NCBI GenBank assembly: GCA_964409095.1
Contig: CAYPCC010000005.1
Span: forward strand, 1-38,446
Source: an uncultured Phycisphaera sp.
Lineage (GTDB): Bacteria; Planctomycetota; Phycisphaerae; Phycisphaerales; Phycisphaeraceae
Reading direction: 5' to 3'
DNA length: 38,446 nt
Below the pieces are notes generated by a model, which was not told the origin of the DNA, ran no database searches, and saw only the letters and a list, made by a program, of their open reading frames with translations. The position numbers were made by a program, and so were the translations under genes. Positions 8,466 to 16,396 of this stretch are shown one piece after another (position 1 is the stretch's first letter; every line of letters starts with the position of its first letter).

Positions 8466-10289
8466 GTGCCTGAATCGACGTCCACCCTATCCATCCCCTC
8501 GCCGAAACTCGGCCCATCCACGGCCACCCCGGGGTTGAAGCGGGAGTTGTCGCGTGGGTCTTTATTGAACACGACTGCCCCGCAGACGTCGGGATCGCGC
8601 TTGGGGCCGGGATGGTTGTGGTGGGCGGTCGCGGGGGTCACGTTGCTCGCATCGGTGCTACGGGTTTGCCGACTGGACCACGGCGGGCTGTGGTACGACG
8701 AACTGATCATGGCGCGGATCACCGACGGGACGTGGTCGATGTGGTGGTCAGAAATCTTGCGGGGTCGGCCGCCGATCTACCCGGCGGCGGGGCTGCTATG
8801 GACCGAGTGGTTTGGTCATAGCGACGCGGCGATGCGTTCGCTGTCGGTGGTGTTTGGGGTGGCGTCGGTGCCGCTCTTGTTTGGGATCGGGCGTCGCCTG
8901 TTCGACTGGCGGGTCGGCCTAGTGGCGGCGTTGCTCATGGCGGTTTCGCCTTATCAGGTTTATTACAGCCAGGAATACCGTTACTACGCGATGTTTTTGG
9001 CGTTTTGCCTCGCGTCGATGGGGCTGCTTTTGCGGGGGCTGGGGGTGGGCGATGGCGAGGGGTCGGGCGGCATGGAGTCCCCCAAAGCAGCGCCGCGTCG
9101 GTGGTCGTGGCTGGGTTATGTGGTGTTTAGCACGTTGGCGTTTTATACCCACGGCTTCGCGTTGTTCGTGCTGGCGTCGATCGGCGTGGCGGTGGTGGTG
9201 TTGTACGGCCGGGGCGTGGTGAATATGGCCCGGATGAAGATATTTTTGAGTACCCAGGTGGTGCTGATGGGTGTGATTTTGCCGTGGGGTGTGGTGAAGA
9301 TGGCGTTTGCCCTGCGGGAAGCGTCGGGCGGGGCCGAAGCGTCGGGGGCGTTGGTGGTGCCTTGGGTGTCGTCGCCGCCGTGGTGGGCGCCGGTGCGAAC
9401 GGTGGGCAATTTTCTATTTCTGGGTGCGAAGTACCTGAGTGTGCCTTGGGTGGTGGCGGGGGTTTTGGTGTTGGGGGTGGGGGTGACGATCGCGGTGGTG
9501 CGGAGCGGCGGGCTTAAGCGTTGGGCCTCGCAGGTGGCTCACGCATGGGCTTGGGGCTGGGCGGATCGCCGGGGGGCGTGGTGGATGGTGGGGGCGTGGA
9601 CGTTTGGGCCGTTGCTGTTGGTGCTGGCGCTCTCTTATACGATCAAACCGATTTATAACGACCGGTATCTGATCGCATCGACTGCGGGGCTGTATTTGCT
9701 GATGGCCGCGGGGATGGTGGCGTTGTCGCGGGTGGTGCCGTTGTGGGCGATGACGGGGGTCATCCTGCTGGGCATGGCCGGGTCGCTGAGTAACTACTAC
9801 GAACACCCCGAAAAAGGCGCGTGGGCCGAGGCGGCCGCCTGGCTGGACGAAAACCGGGTCGATGGCGAAGCCCTGGCCTTCAGCTCCGAACGCGACATCG
9901 GCTTGGAAAACGCCAACGTCCGGGCCAACTGGTTCTGGTACGCGCAGAGCGGGGAAGACTTTAAACAAATCGAAGTAAGGGTCAGATCAGAGTTTACCGA
10001 TATGGTTCGGGACCTTAAGCAAGTGTCTGAGCCCTACGCGGGGGTCTGGCTTGTCATGTGGCGTGATCCCGATCGGCCTCTGGGGCTGGAAACCTCGTTT
10101 GCCGACGGAGCGGTCCACGGCCTGGAATTGGCCGAGGTCAAGAAATTTTTCGACCTGACGCTGATGCGTTTTGAGCGGACCGATGGCCCCGTCGAGCTGG
10201 CCGACTCCGAAGACAGCCTGCATGAGCCCATCGAGCCTTCGGGTTCGCCCGATGTGGGGAGCAATAAATTGCCGTTAATTACGAGATAG
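8466..10289 (+). CDS. GT-C glycosyltransferase (GT39/PMT_2, ArnT-like)
   Basis: Motifs LWYDE, RPPIY, SDAAMRSLS, SPYQVYYSQEYRYY and DRYLI, with many transmembrane helices. Confidence 0.85.
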   Translation: MPESTSTLSIPSPKLGPSTATPGLKRELSRGSLLNTTAPQTSGSRLGPGWLWWAVAGVTLLASVLRVCRLDHGGLWYDELIMARITDGTWSMWWSEILRGRPPIYPAAGLLWTEWFGHSDAAMRSLSVVFGVASVPLLFGIGRRLFDWRVGLVAALLMAVSPYQVYYSQEYRYYAMFLAFCLASMGLLLRGLGVGDGEGSGGMESPKAAPRRWSWLGYVVFSTLAFYTHGFALFVLASIGVAVVVLYGRGVVNMARMKIFLSTQVVLMGVILPWGVVKMAFALREASGGAEASGALVVPWVSSPPWWAPVRTVGNFLFLGAKYLSVPWVVAGVLVLGVGVTIAVVRSGGLKRWASQVAHAWAWGWADRRGAWWMVGAWTFGPLLLVLALSYTIKPIYNDRYLIASTAGLYLLMAAGMVALSRVVPLWAMTGVILLGMAGSLSNYYEHPEKGAWAEAAAWLDENRVDGEALAFSSERDIGLENANVRANWFWYAQSGEDFKQIEVRVRSEFTDMVRDLKQVSEPYAGVWLVMWRDPDRPLGLETSFADGAVHGLELAEVKKFFDLTLMRFERTDGPVELADSEDSLHEPIEPSGSPDVGSNKLPLITR

Positions 10290-10301
10290 TGGAGTTTTCG
10301 T

Positions 10302-10329
10302 TTGACCCGGCGCATCCGTCGTATACATT
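10302..10329 (+). promoter_or_regulatory. Putative sigma70 promoter for the wzc-like gene
   Basis: TTGACC-N16-TACATT. Confidence 0.45.
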
Positions 10330-10370
10330 TGAAGGGGGTTCATCGAGACCTTGGGGATAAAGTCCAAGGA

Positions 10371-10420
10371 GTCCGGGGGCTCCGGGGGTGTCCGGCGGTG
10401 TGCGGGGGTGTCCGGGGGGT
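10371..10420 (+). repeat. Five degenerate tandem decamers GTCCGGGGGT (G-quadruplex-capable)
   Basis: GTCCGGGGGC TCCGGGGGT GTCCGGCGGT GTGCGGGGGT GTCCGGGGGGT, with four tracts of at least 5 G. Confidence 0.75.
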
Positions 10421-10467
10421 AGGTGTCGAAGCCTGCACGGTGTACAGTCTGAAGGTTGAGGAGTCTT

Positions 10468-10488
10468 GACGCGGGTTGTACCCGCGTC
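10468..10488. promoter_or_regulatory. Palindrome (operator or hairpin) in the wzc upstream region
   Basis: GACGCGGGT-TGT-ACCCGCGTC, a perfect 9-bp inverted repeat that overlaps TTGACG (10466-10471). Confidence 0.4.
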
Positions 10489-10591
10489 GATAGGGTCCGG
10501 GGTCCGGTGCAGTATGCCGCGGCCGCCGCAGTGCAAGGGATTCAGTGAATTTGAGGGTGCCCCTCCGGGGCGATCGAGAGAGAAATAAGCC

Positions 10592-13159
10592 ATGAGCCAG
10601 TCCAATCTGCCGGTCCCCATGAGTCACGCCGCGTCGCAAGCCGCCGTCGCGTCGCCGGACATCGTGACCATCGAGCCCGCCTTGACGCTCTTTGAGATCC
10701 TGCTGCGCAACAAGCTGAAGATGGCGTTGTGCGTATTTGTCATGCTGTGCCTCGGCGTGGTCTATCAGCTGAGCACCGACAAGGTGTTCCAGAGCACCGC
10801 CGAGATCTTCATCGAACAATCCAAAGACGGCCAACCCAACTCGCCGCTCTCGCCCGGCGGCCTCTCGGCCGGCCTGCCCTCGACCCACGCCCGGCTCCTC
10901 GAGTCGGTCCCGGTCCTCATCAAAGCCCTCCAGTCCCCCGACGTCGCCGAGTCCGCCACCATGGCCAAGATCCAAGGCGAAGGTGCTCAGCTTCGCCACC
11001 TCAAGAAAAAGCTCAGCGTTGGCTTCTCCAAAGAATCCGAAGTCGTCACCGTCTCGTTCATGAGTACCGTCCCCGAAGACACCAAGACCGTCCTCGACGC
11101 TGTGCTCGCCGCATACCTCGCCGAGCTCCAGGTCGAAGTGGGAGTGATGCCCGCCGCCGCGGTTCCCGCCGAAGTCCTCGCCGAAGAACTTTCGCGCGGC
11201 GTGATGGATGAAGAAATGGTCGCGTCCCGGCTGATGAAGCTCTCCGAAGAACTCACCTCCGCCGAAGTCGAACTTGAGGCCGCCGAGATCCGCGTCGCCG
11301 AGGCTCAAGCCTCCAACGGCAACCTCGCCACGCTGTCGTCCCTCCTCGCCGACGCGGGCCTCAACGCCCAAGTCCACGGCCTCGCCGAGGTCGCCTACCT
11401 CAAAGCCGAGCTCGCCCGCCTCGACCAACAACTCGAAGGTATGCCGACCAACTGGGCCCCCGAGCACAAGGTGCGTGGCCCCGTCCAACGCCAAGCCGAC
11501 GCCCTGCGATACGAAATCGCCAACCTTACGCAAAACGCTCAAGCCACGATGCTGGGCCTGATCCATTCCAACCAAAAGAACGCCGCTGAGCGCGTCGTCG
11601 AACTCAACCGCCGCATCACCACGCAGCAGGCCCGCGCTTCGCAGATCGCCCAACTGCCGGTCAACATCTACCAGCAGCCCTACGTCCCGACCAAGAAAAT
11701 CGCCCCCAAAGGCATCAAGACCCTGGGCATCTCGCTCGTCCTGGGCCTCGGGATCGGGCTGATGTGGACCCTGTGGACGGAGATGAAACGCCCCGCTTCC
11801 GTCGCCGGCGTCGCCGCCCTCGCCGCCGATGGCCAAGCCTCCGCCGCGCGGCAAGCCCTGTCGGTCCACGACACCACCGGCCAAGCCGACGCGCCCCGTC
11901 GTGCCCTGCCGTTCCTCATGAACGGCGAAGACATGTCTGAGTCGTCGGACAACCATGAAGCCCCGCCGATGCTCGGCCTCGTACCCGAGGTCCCCGCCGG
12001 CAGCCGACTGACTTCGCCCAACTTCGACGCCACCGCCTCGTCGATCCACCAGATCCGGGCCGTGCTGCAGGTCCAGGCCCGCTCGCAAGACACCAAGGCC
12101 TACGCCTTCACCAGCCCCCGCCGCGGCGCGGGCAAGACCAGCGTGACCATCGGCGTCGCCTCGTCGCTCGCGATGTCCGGCACCCGCACCCTCGTCGTCG
12201 ATTGCGACCTCGCCGGCCGTATCTCCCGAGGCCAAACCGGCGCTCCCGCCGAGCAATCCCCCGCCAACGGCTCGGCCGCGAACGGCCACGTCGTGGGCGA
12301 CCGCTTCGGACCCATCGACCCCGAAGGCTCCTCCGGCGACAACCCCAGCCTCGATAACATCGTCATCGAACAAGGCTACATCTCCGAAGACGACACCCAC
12401 CAACTCGCCACCAACGCCACCGGCCAAATGGGCATCACCGGCGTCCTCGACGGAGCGCCTCTCGAAGCCTGCGTCGTGAAGGCCACCGTCCCGGGACTCT
12501 GGCTCCTGCCCGCGATCCACGCCCAGACCCGCCACATCGGCAAGATGTCCGACGCCTTCATCCGCGACGTCATCCAGCAGGCCGCCGGCCACTACGACCT
12601 GGTCCTCTTCGACACCGGCCCCATCCCCGGCAGCGTCGAAGCCCTCCTGGTCACCAGCCAAGTCGACGGCGTCGTCGTCGTCGTCCCCCAAGGCGAATCC
12701 CGCCAAGCCCTCGACCGCACCATGTCCTACCTCAAGGTCGTCGGGGCCAAGGTCACCGGCACCGTGTTCAACCGCGTCGCCAACACCACCGACAAAGCCC
12801 CCAGCAGCCCCAAAAACTCCAGCGTCGGCGGTGCCGTCGCCGCCGCGGCCGCCGCAGGTGAAACCCACCGCCACGGCGAACCGGTCAACGGCGACATGCT
12901 CGTCGAACTCGAAAAACAGCAACATTCCACCGACGACGACGGCGAATACCTCAACGGCGACGCCCCGCTGGGCTCAGGCATCCTCGCCGCCGCCGTCTTC
13001 TCCGACGCCGACTCGGGCTACGAAAGCCAAGACTGGAAGCTCGAAGGCACCAGCGAGTTCAACGGCTCGGTCGAAGAACTCTTCGGGGCCGTCAAAGGCG
13101 AAAAGAATAACAGCAACGGCCATTCCAAAAACAACGGCGAATCCAACGGCCAAGCCTAA
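10592..13159 (+). CDS. Wzc-like polysaccharide co-polymerase with BY-kinase/P-loop domain
   Basis: Wzz-like N-terminus with a TM helix, coiled coil and second TM after KIAPK. Walker A SPRRGAGKTS, Walker A' VVDCD, Walker B LVLFDTGP and GTVFNRV are present. There is no Tyr cluster. Confidence 0.85.
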   Translation: MSQSNLPVPMSHAASQAAVASPDIVTIEPALTLFEILLRNKLKMALCVFVMLCLGVVYQLSTDKVFQSTAEIFIEQSKDGQPNSPLSPGGLSAGLPSTHARLLESVPVLIKALQSPDVAESATMAKIQGEGAQLRHLKKKLSVGFSKESEVVTVSFMSTVPEDTKTVLDAVLAAYLAELQVEVGVMPAAAVPAEVLAEELSRGVMDEEMVASRLMKLSEELTSAEVELEAAEIRVAEAQASNGNLATLSSLLADAGLNAQVHGLAEVAYLKAELARLDQQLEGMPTNWAPEHKVRGPVQRQADALRYEIANLTQNAQATMLGLIHSNQKNAAERVVELNRRITTQQARASQIAQLPVNIYQQPYVPTKKIAPKGIKTLGISLVLGLGIGLMWTLWTEMKRPASVAGVAALAADGQASAARQALSVHDTTGQADAPRRALPFLMNGEDMSESSDNHEAPPMLGLVPEVPAGSRLTSPNFDATASSIHQIRAVLQVQARSQDTKAYAFTSPRRGAGKTSVTIGVASSLAMSGTRTLVVDCDLAGRISRGQTGAPAEQSPANGSAANGHVVGDRFGPIDPEGSSGDNPSLDNIVIEQGYISEDDTHQLATNATGQMGITGVLDGAPLEACVVKATVPGLWLLPAIHAQTRHIGKMSDAFIRDVIQQAAGHYDLVLFDTGPIPGSVEALLVTSQVDGVVVVVPQGESRQALDRTMSYLKVVGAKVTGTVFNRVANTTDKAPSSPKNSSVGGAVAAAAAAGETHRHGEPVNGDMLVELEKQQHSTDDDGEYLNGDAPLGSGILAAAVFSDADSGYESQDWKLEGTSEFNGSVEELFGAVKGEKNNSNGHSKNNGESNGQA

Positions 13160-13181
13160 ACCCGCCACCCCCTCAAAAACT

Positions 13182-13220
13182 AACGCCCCGCGGTGAACAC
13201 CTCACCGCGGGGCGTTTTTT
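13182..13220 (+). terminator. Intrinsic terminator, probably bidirectional
   Basis: 15-bp stem AACGCCCCGCGGTGA-acacc-TCACCGCGGGGCGTT plus a T run, with an A run upstream. It lies between the convergent wzc-like gene and rsmD. Confidence 0.85.
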
Positions 13221-13224
13221 GTTT

Positions 13225-13381
13225 CGCCCCCAATGCCTTTGTATGCCCCCCCCAATAGCCGCGGGCTAACCGCTTCCAGTGACCCGGTCACTAACTCACT
13301 TAAGACCGGCCCCCTATCCCGACTTGCGCTCAACACGCCATCTCTAGGGGCGACCACAGTAACCGCCAAGCGCTGGGGGCG
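13225..13381 (-). ncRNA. Candidate structured ncRNA (~157-nt rod), family unassigned
   Basis: Terminal CGCCCCCA/TGGGGGCG pairing, an apical CCGGTC/GACCGG hairpin, and arms that differ mostly by changes giving G-U pairs on the minus strand. It lies directly before a terminator. Confidence 0.4.
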
Positions 13382-13394
13382 TCATCGGCCTTGT

Positions 13395-14012
13395 TCATGC
13401 GTCGGCCGGATCTTCGCTGTATTCATCTTCCGAAGATTCCGGGGACAGCGGCGTTTGATAAAAATGCAGCGTCATCTTGCCGTAGGTGATCGACGCGGGG
13501 CCGTCGTAGCCTTTGACTTCGTCGGCGGTGACTTCGGCGGGGGTGCGGATCACGGCGACGCCGCCGGGTTCGAGTTTGGGGCAGATCGCTTCGAGCAGGC
13601 CATAGAACGGCGTCATGTCGTCCGTGATCGCATACGGCGGGTCGAGAAACGCGACCGTGATCGAGCCGTCGTCCAGCGGGTAGCTCCACACCGGCGGGGT
13701 CGCGCTGCCCGACACGACGCGGGCGCGGTCGGGGTCGATCTTCAGGTTATCGAGGTTGCCTTCGAGCTTGTCGATCGCGTCGCGGGACTGGTCGACAAAC
13801 GTGCAGTGCTCGGCCCCGCGCGACAGGGCTTCGAGGCCCATCGACCCGGTGCCGCAGTAGATGTCCAGCACTCGGCCGTAGCCCAAGAGGCCCAGCGATT
13901 GAAGGCGGTTGAAGAGGTTTTCCTTGACCCGGTCGGTGATCGGCCGGGTGGTGAGATCGTCTTCGGGATTGATCAGGGGACGTCCGCGGTATTGGCCGGC
14001 GATGATGCGCAT
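13395..14012 (-). CDS. rsmD: 16S rRNA (guanine(966)-N2)-methyltransferase RsmD
   Basis: MRIIAGQYRGRPL, TRPITDRVKENLFN, VLDIYCGTGSMGLEALSRGA and FLDPPY. Confidence 0.93.
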   Translation of the reverse strand: MRIIAGQYRGRPLINPEDDLTTRPITDRVKENLFNRLQSLGLLGYGRVLDIYCGTGSMGLEALSRGAEHCTFVDQSRDAIDKLEGNLDNLKIDPDRARVVSGSATPPVWSYPLDDGSITVAFLDPPYAITDDMTPFYGLLEAICPKLEPGGVAVIRTPAEVTADEVKGYDGPASITYGKMTLHFYQTPLSPESSEDEYSEDPADA

Positions 14013-14037
14013 GGGCGACAGTTTAGCGAGTGGGAGC

Positions 14038-14120
14038 GGTTAGCCGCTAGCCGTTGGCCGTTGGCGAAAGACAAAAACTCCCCACGCTTCGGGCTAACGG
14101 CCAACGGCGAAAGGCTAACG
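14038..14120. repeat. Inverted arrays of heptamer repeats (TTAGCCG-type)
   Basis: GGTTAGCCGCTAGCCGTTGGCCGTTGGCG (14038-14066) and GGCTAACGGCCAACGGCGAAAGGCTAACG (14092-14120), about 23/29 complementary. Confidence 0.7.
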
Positions 14121-14143
14121 TCTAAACACGCTATATTGCGAGC

Positions 14144-14995
14144 ATGTCCAAGCCCAAAAAAGACAAACCACAAAAACCGCCCAAGCCGACCCTCGCCGAG
14201 CGGGCCGACAAATACGTCTGCTACCAGAAGTCGGTGCAGGAGCCCGAGCACGAGATCACGTTTTTCGATCAAGCGTACAAGGACGCCTTCGGCAACAAAA
14301 AAGCGCTGCACCTCCGCGAAGATTTCTGCGGCACGTTCGCGGTCTGTTGTGAGTGGGTCAAGAGCTCGCCCAAGCGGACCGCGCTGGGGATCGACCTCGA
14401 CCCCGAGCCGCTGGCGTGGGGCAAGGCGAATAACCTTAGCCGGCTGACCGAGGCCCAGCAGAAGCGGGTGCGGCTGGTCGAGCAGGACGTGCGCAAACGC
14501 AATCGGCCGCCGGCCGACATCTTGGCAGCGCAGAACTTTTCGTTCTGGCTGTTCAAAACCCGCGACGCGGTGGTCGATTATTTCAAAGTCGCCCGGTCCA
14601 ATCTCTCGGCCCAAGGCCTGATGGTCATGGACATGATGGGCGGCGGCGAGTGCCTCGAAGAAGAACACCAAGACATACGCACCATCGAAAAAGGCAAGAA
14701 GGGGTTCAAATACATCTGGACCCAAGAGACCCACAACCCGATCAACGCGGATGCGACCTTCACCATCAGCTTCAAGTTCAAGGACGGCAGCAAACTCGCC
14801 CCGGCGTTCACCTACGAGTGGCGGTTCTGGACCGTCCCCGAGGTGATGGAGATGCTCGAGGAAGCCGGCTTCAGCGAAAGCCACGTCTACTGGGAAGTGC
14901 TCGACAAGGCCGGCGAAGAGACCGGCGAGTGGGAACGCACCCTCAGAGCCCCCAGCGACCCCAGCTGGGTCTGCTACATCGTGGCGATCAAGTGA
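14144..14995 (+). CDS. Class I SAM-dependent methyltransferase, uncharacterised family
   Basis: Motif I variant LREDFCGT, motif II GIDLD, VEQDV, AQNFS, L...GLMVMD, and the N-terminal DKY.CYQKSVQEP segment. Confidence 0.8.
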   Translation: MSKPKKDKPQKPPKPTLAERADKYVCYQKSVQEPEHEITFFDQAYKDAFGNKKALHLREDFCGTFAVCCEWVKSSPKRTALGIDLDPEPLAWGKANNLSRLTEAQQKRVRLVEQDVRKRNRPPADILAAQNFSFWLFKTRDAVVDYFKVARSNLSAQGLMVMDMMGGGECLEEEHQDIRTIEKGKKGFKYIWTQETHNPINADATFTISFKFKDGSKLAPAFTYEWRFWTVPEVMEMLEEAGFSESHVYWEVLDKAGEETGEWERTLRAPSDPSWVCYIVAIK

Positions 14996-15105
14996 GGTCC
15001 AAGCCTCACTTGCATTAACCCCGGGTCAATGACCCGGGGCCGCCGCGGCAAGTCAACTCGATTCAAACGTAACGCCACAATAAACCACGCACATCCCCGG
15101 CCCCC

Positions 15106-16389
15106 ATGCCCAAAATCCAATCCCCCAAAGGCACCCGCGATTTCTACCCGCCCGAAATGGCTTGGCACCAATACCTCATGGAGCTGTGGCGGCGCGTCTC
15201 GATCCGTAACGGCTTTGAGCAGGTCGACGGCCCGATCTTCGAGACGCTGGACCTCTACAAAGTGAAGTCCGGCGAAGGCATCGTCAGCGAACTCTTCAGC
15301 TTCCGCCGGGACAACGGCAAGACTGACTTCGCCATCCGCCCCGAGTTCACGCCGACGCTGGCGCGGATGGTCGCTCAGCAGGCAAGCAGTTTGCCCAAGC
15401 CGATCAAGTGGTTTTGCACGCCGAATTTTTGCCGGGCCGAGCGTCCGCAGCGTGGCCGGCTGCGCGAGTTCTGGCAGTGGAACGTGGACATGCTCGGCCT
15501 CGACTCGCCCGCGGCGGATGCGGAGGTGATCTTCACGCTCGTCGACTTCCTCGCCGAGTGCGGGCTCACCAAAGGTCAGGTCAAGGTCAAGATCAGTCAC
15601 CGCGACGTGGTCAGCGAGATCCTCGGCAAGCTCGGCGTCCCGTCGGACAAACGCGTCGAGGCGTTTAACCTGCTCGACGCCCGCGACAAAATGCCCCCGG
15701 AAGCCTTCACCGCAGCGGCCGGCAGCCTCGGCATGGACGAATCCAAAGTCGAACGCTTCGAGCAGGTCTGCCGCCGCAAATACCCCGCGGGCGATCTGGA
15801 CCACCTCGCGCGAAGTTTGGCGATGGACGAAGCGCCCGCCGACCTCGCGGCATTGGACGAACAACTCACCGCGTTCGGGATCGCCGAGTGGTGCGAGTAT
15901 GACCTGGGCATTGTCCGCGGGTTGGCGTACTACACCGGCACGGTGTTCGAGGTCCACGAGACCACCGGCGTCGAACGCGCCATCGCCGGCGGCGGACGCT
16001 ACGACAAACTCATCGAACTCTTCGACGGTCCGCCCACGCCCGCCATCGGCTTCGGTATGGGCGATGTCGTGCTGACCAACCTCTTGACTGATAAAGGCCT
16101 GATCCCCGACAACGTCATGCCCCGCCCCGATGTGTTTTGCTTTGCGACTTCGGACGAAGCCGCGGCCCAACTTCCCGGGGTCGCCGCGCGGCTCCGCCGG
16201 GCGGGCCTGCACGCACGGATGAGTTACAAAACCACGCGCAACGTCGGCAAACTGCTGAAGGATGCGGAAAAGGCCCGGGCCCGCTTCGCGGTGATCGTGG
16301 GTGAAGAGGTGCAACTCAAGAATCTGGAAACCGGCGCGCAGGTGGCCGTCGCGGTAGGCGACTTGATCGAGAACATCCAACGGGGGTAA
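15106..16389 (+). CDS. hisS: Histidine--tRNA ligase
   Basis: PKGTRDFYP, RPEFTPTLAR, RAERPQRGRLREFWQ, IVRGLAYYTGTVFE, GGGRYD and a C-terminal anticodon-binding domain. Confidence 0.97.
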   Translation: MPKIQSPKGTRDFYPPEMAWHQYLMELWRRVSIRNGFEQVDGPIFETLDLYKVKSGEGIVSELFSFRRDNGKTDFAIRPEFTPTLARMVAQQASSLPKPIKWFCTPNFCRAERPQRGRLREFWQWNVDMLGLDSPAADAEVIFTLVDFLAECGLTKGQVKVKISHRDVVSEILGKLGVPSDKRVEAFNLLDARDKMPPEAFTAAAGSLGMDESKVERFEQVCRRKYPAGDLDHLARSLAMDEAPADLAALDEQLTAFGIAEWCEYDLGIVRGLAYYTGTVFEVHETTGVERAIAGGGRYDKLIELFDGPPTPAIGFGMGDVVLTNLLTDKGLIPDNVMPRPDVFCFATSDEAAAQLPGVAARLRRAGLHARMSYKTTRNVGKLLKDAEKARARFAVIVGEEVQLKNLETGAQVAVAVGDLIENIQRG

Positions 16390-16396
16390 CGAGGTC

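Noticed and set aside
10340-12925. 861-aa antisense ORF, and similar ones at 76-1089, 3821-5041, 14974-16380, 29084-30424, 32098-33603 and 37051-38109
   Set aside because: These are shadow frames of well-supported genes, produced by GC-rich codon bias. They have no recognisable motifs.
10371-14120. CRISPR array from the short repeats at 10371 and 14038
   Set aside because: Units are 7-10 bp with no unique spacers, and no cas genes are present.
14993-15040. Selenocysteine readthrough at TGA plus a hairpin
   Set aside because: There is no SECIS-like geometry, and the readthrough frame looks non-coding and is out of frame with hisS.
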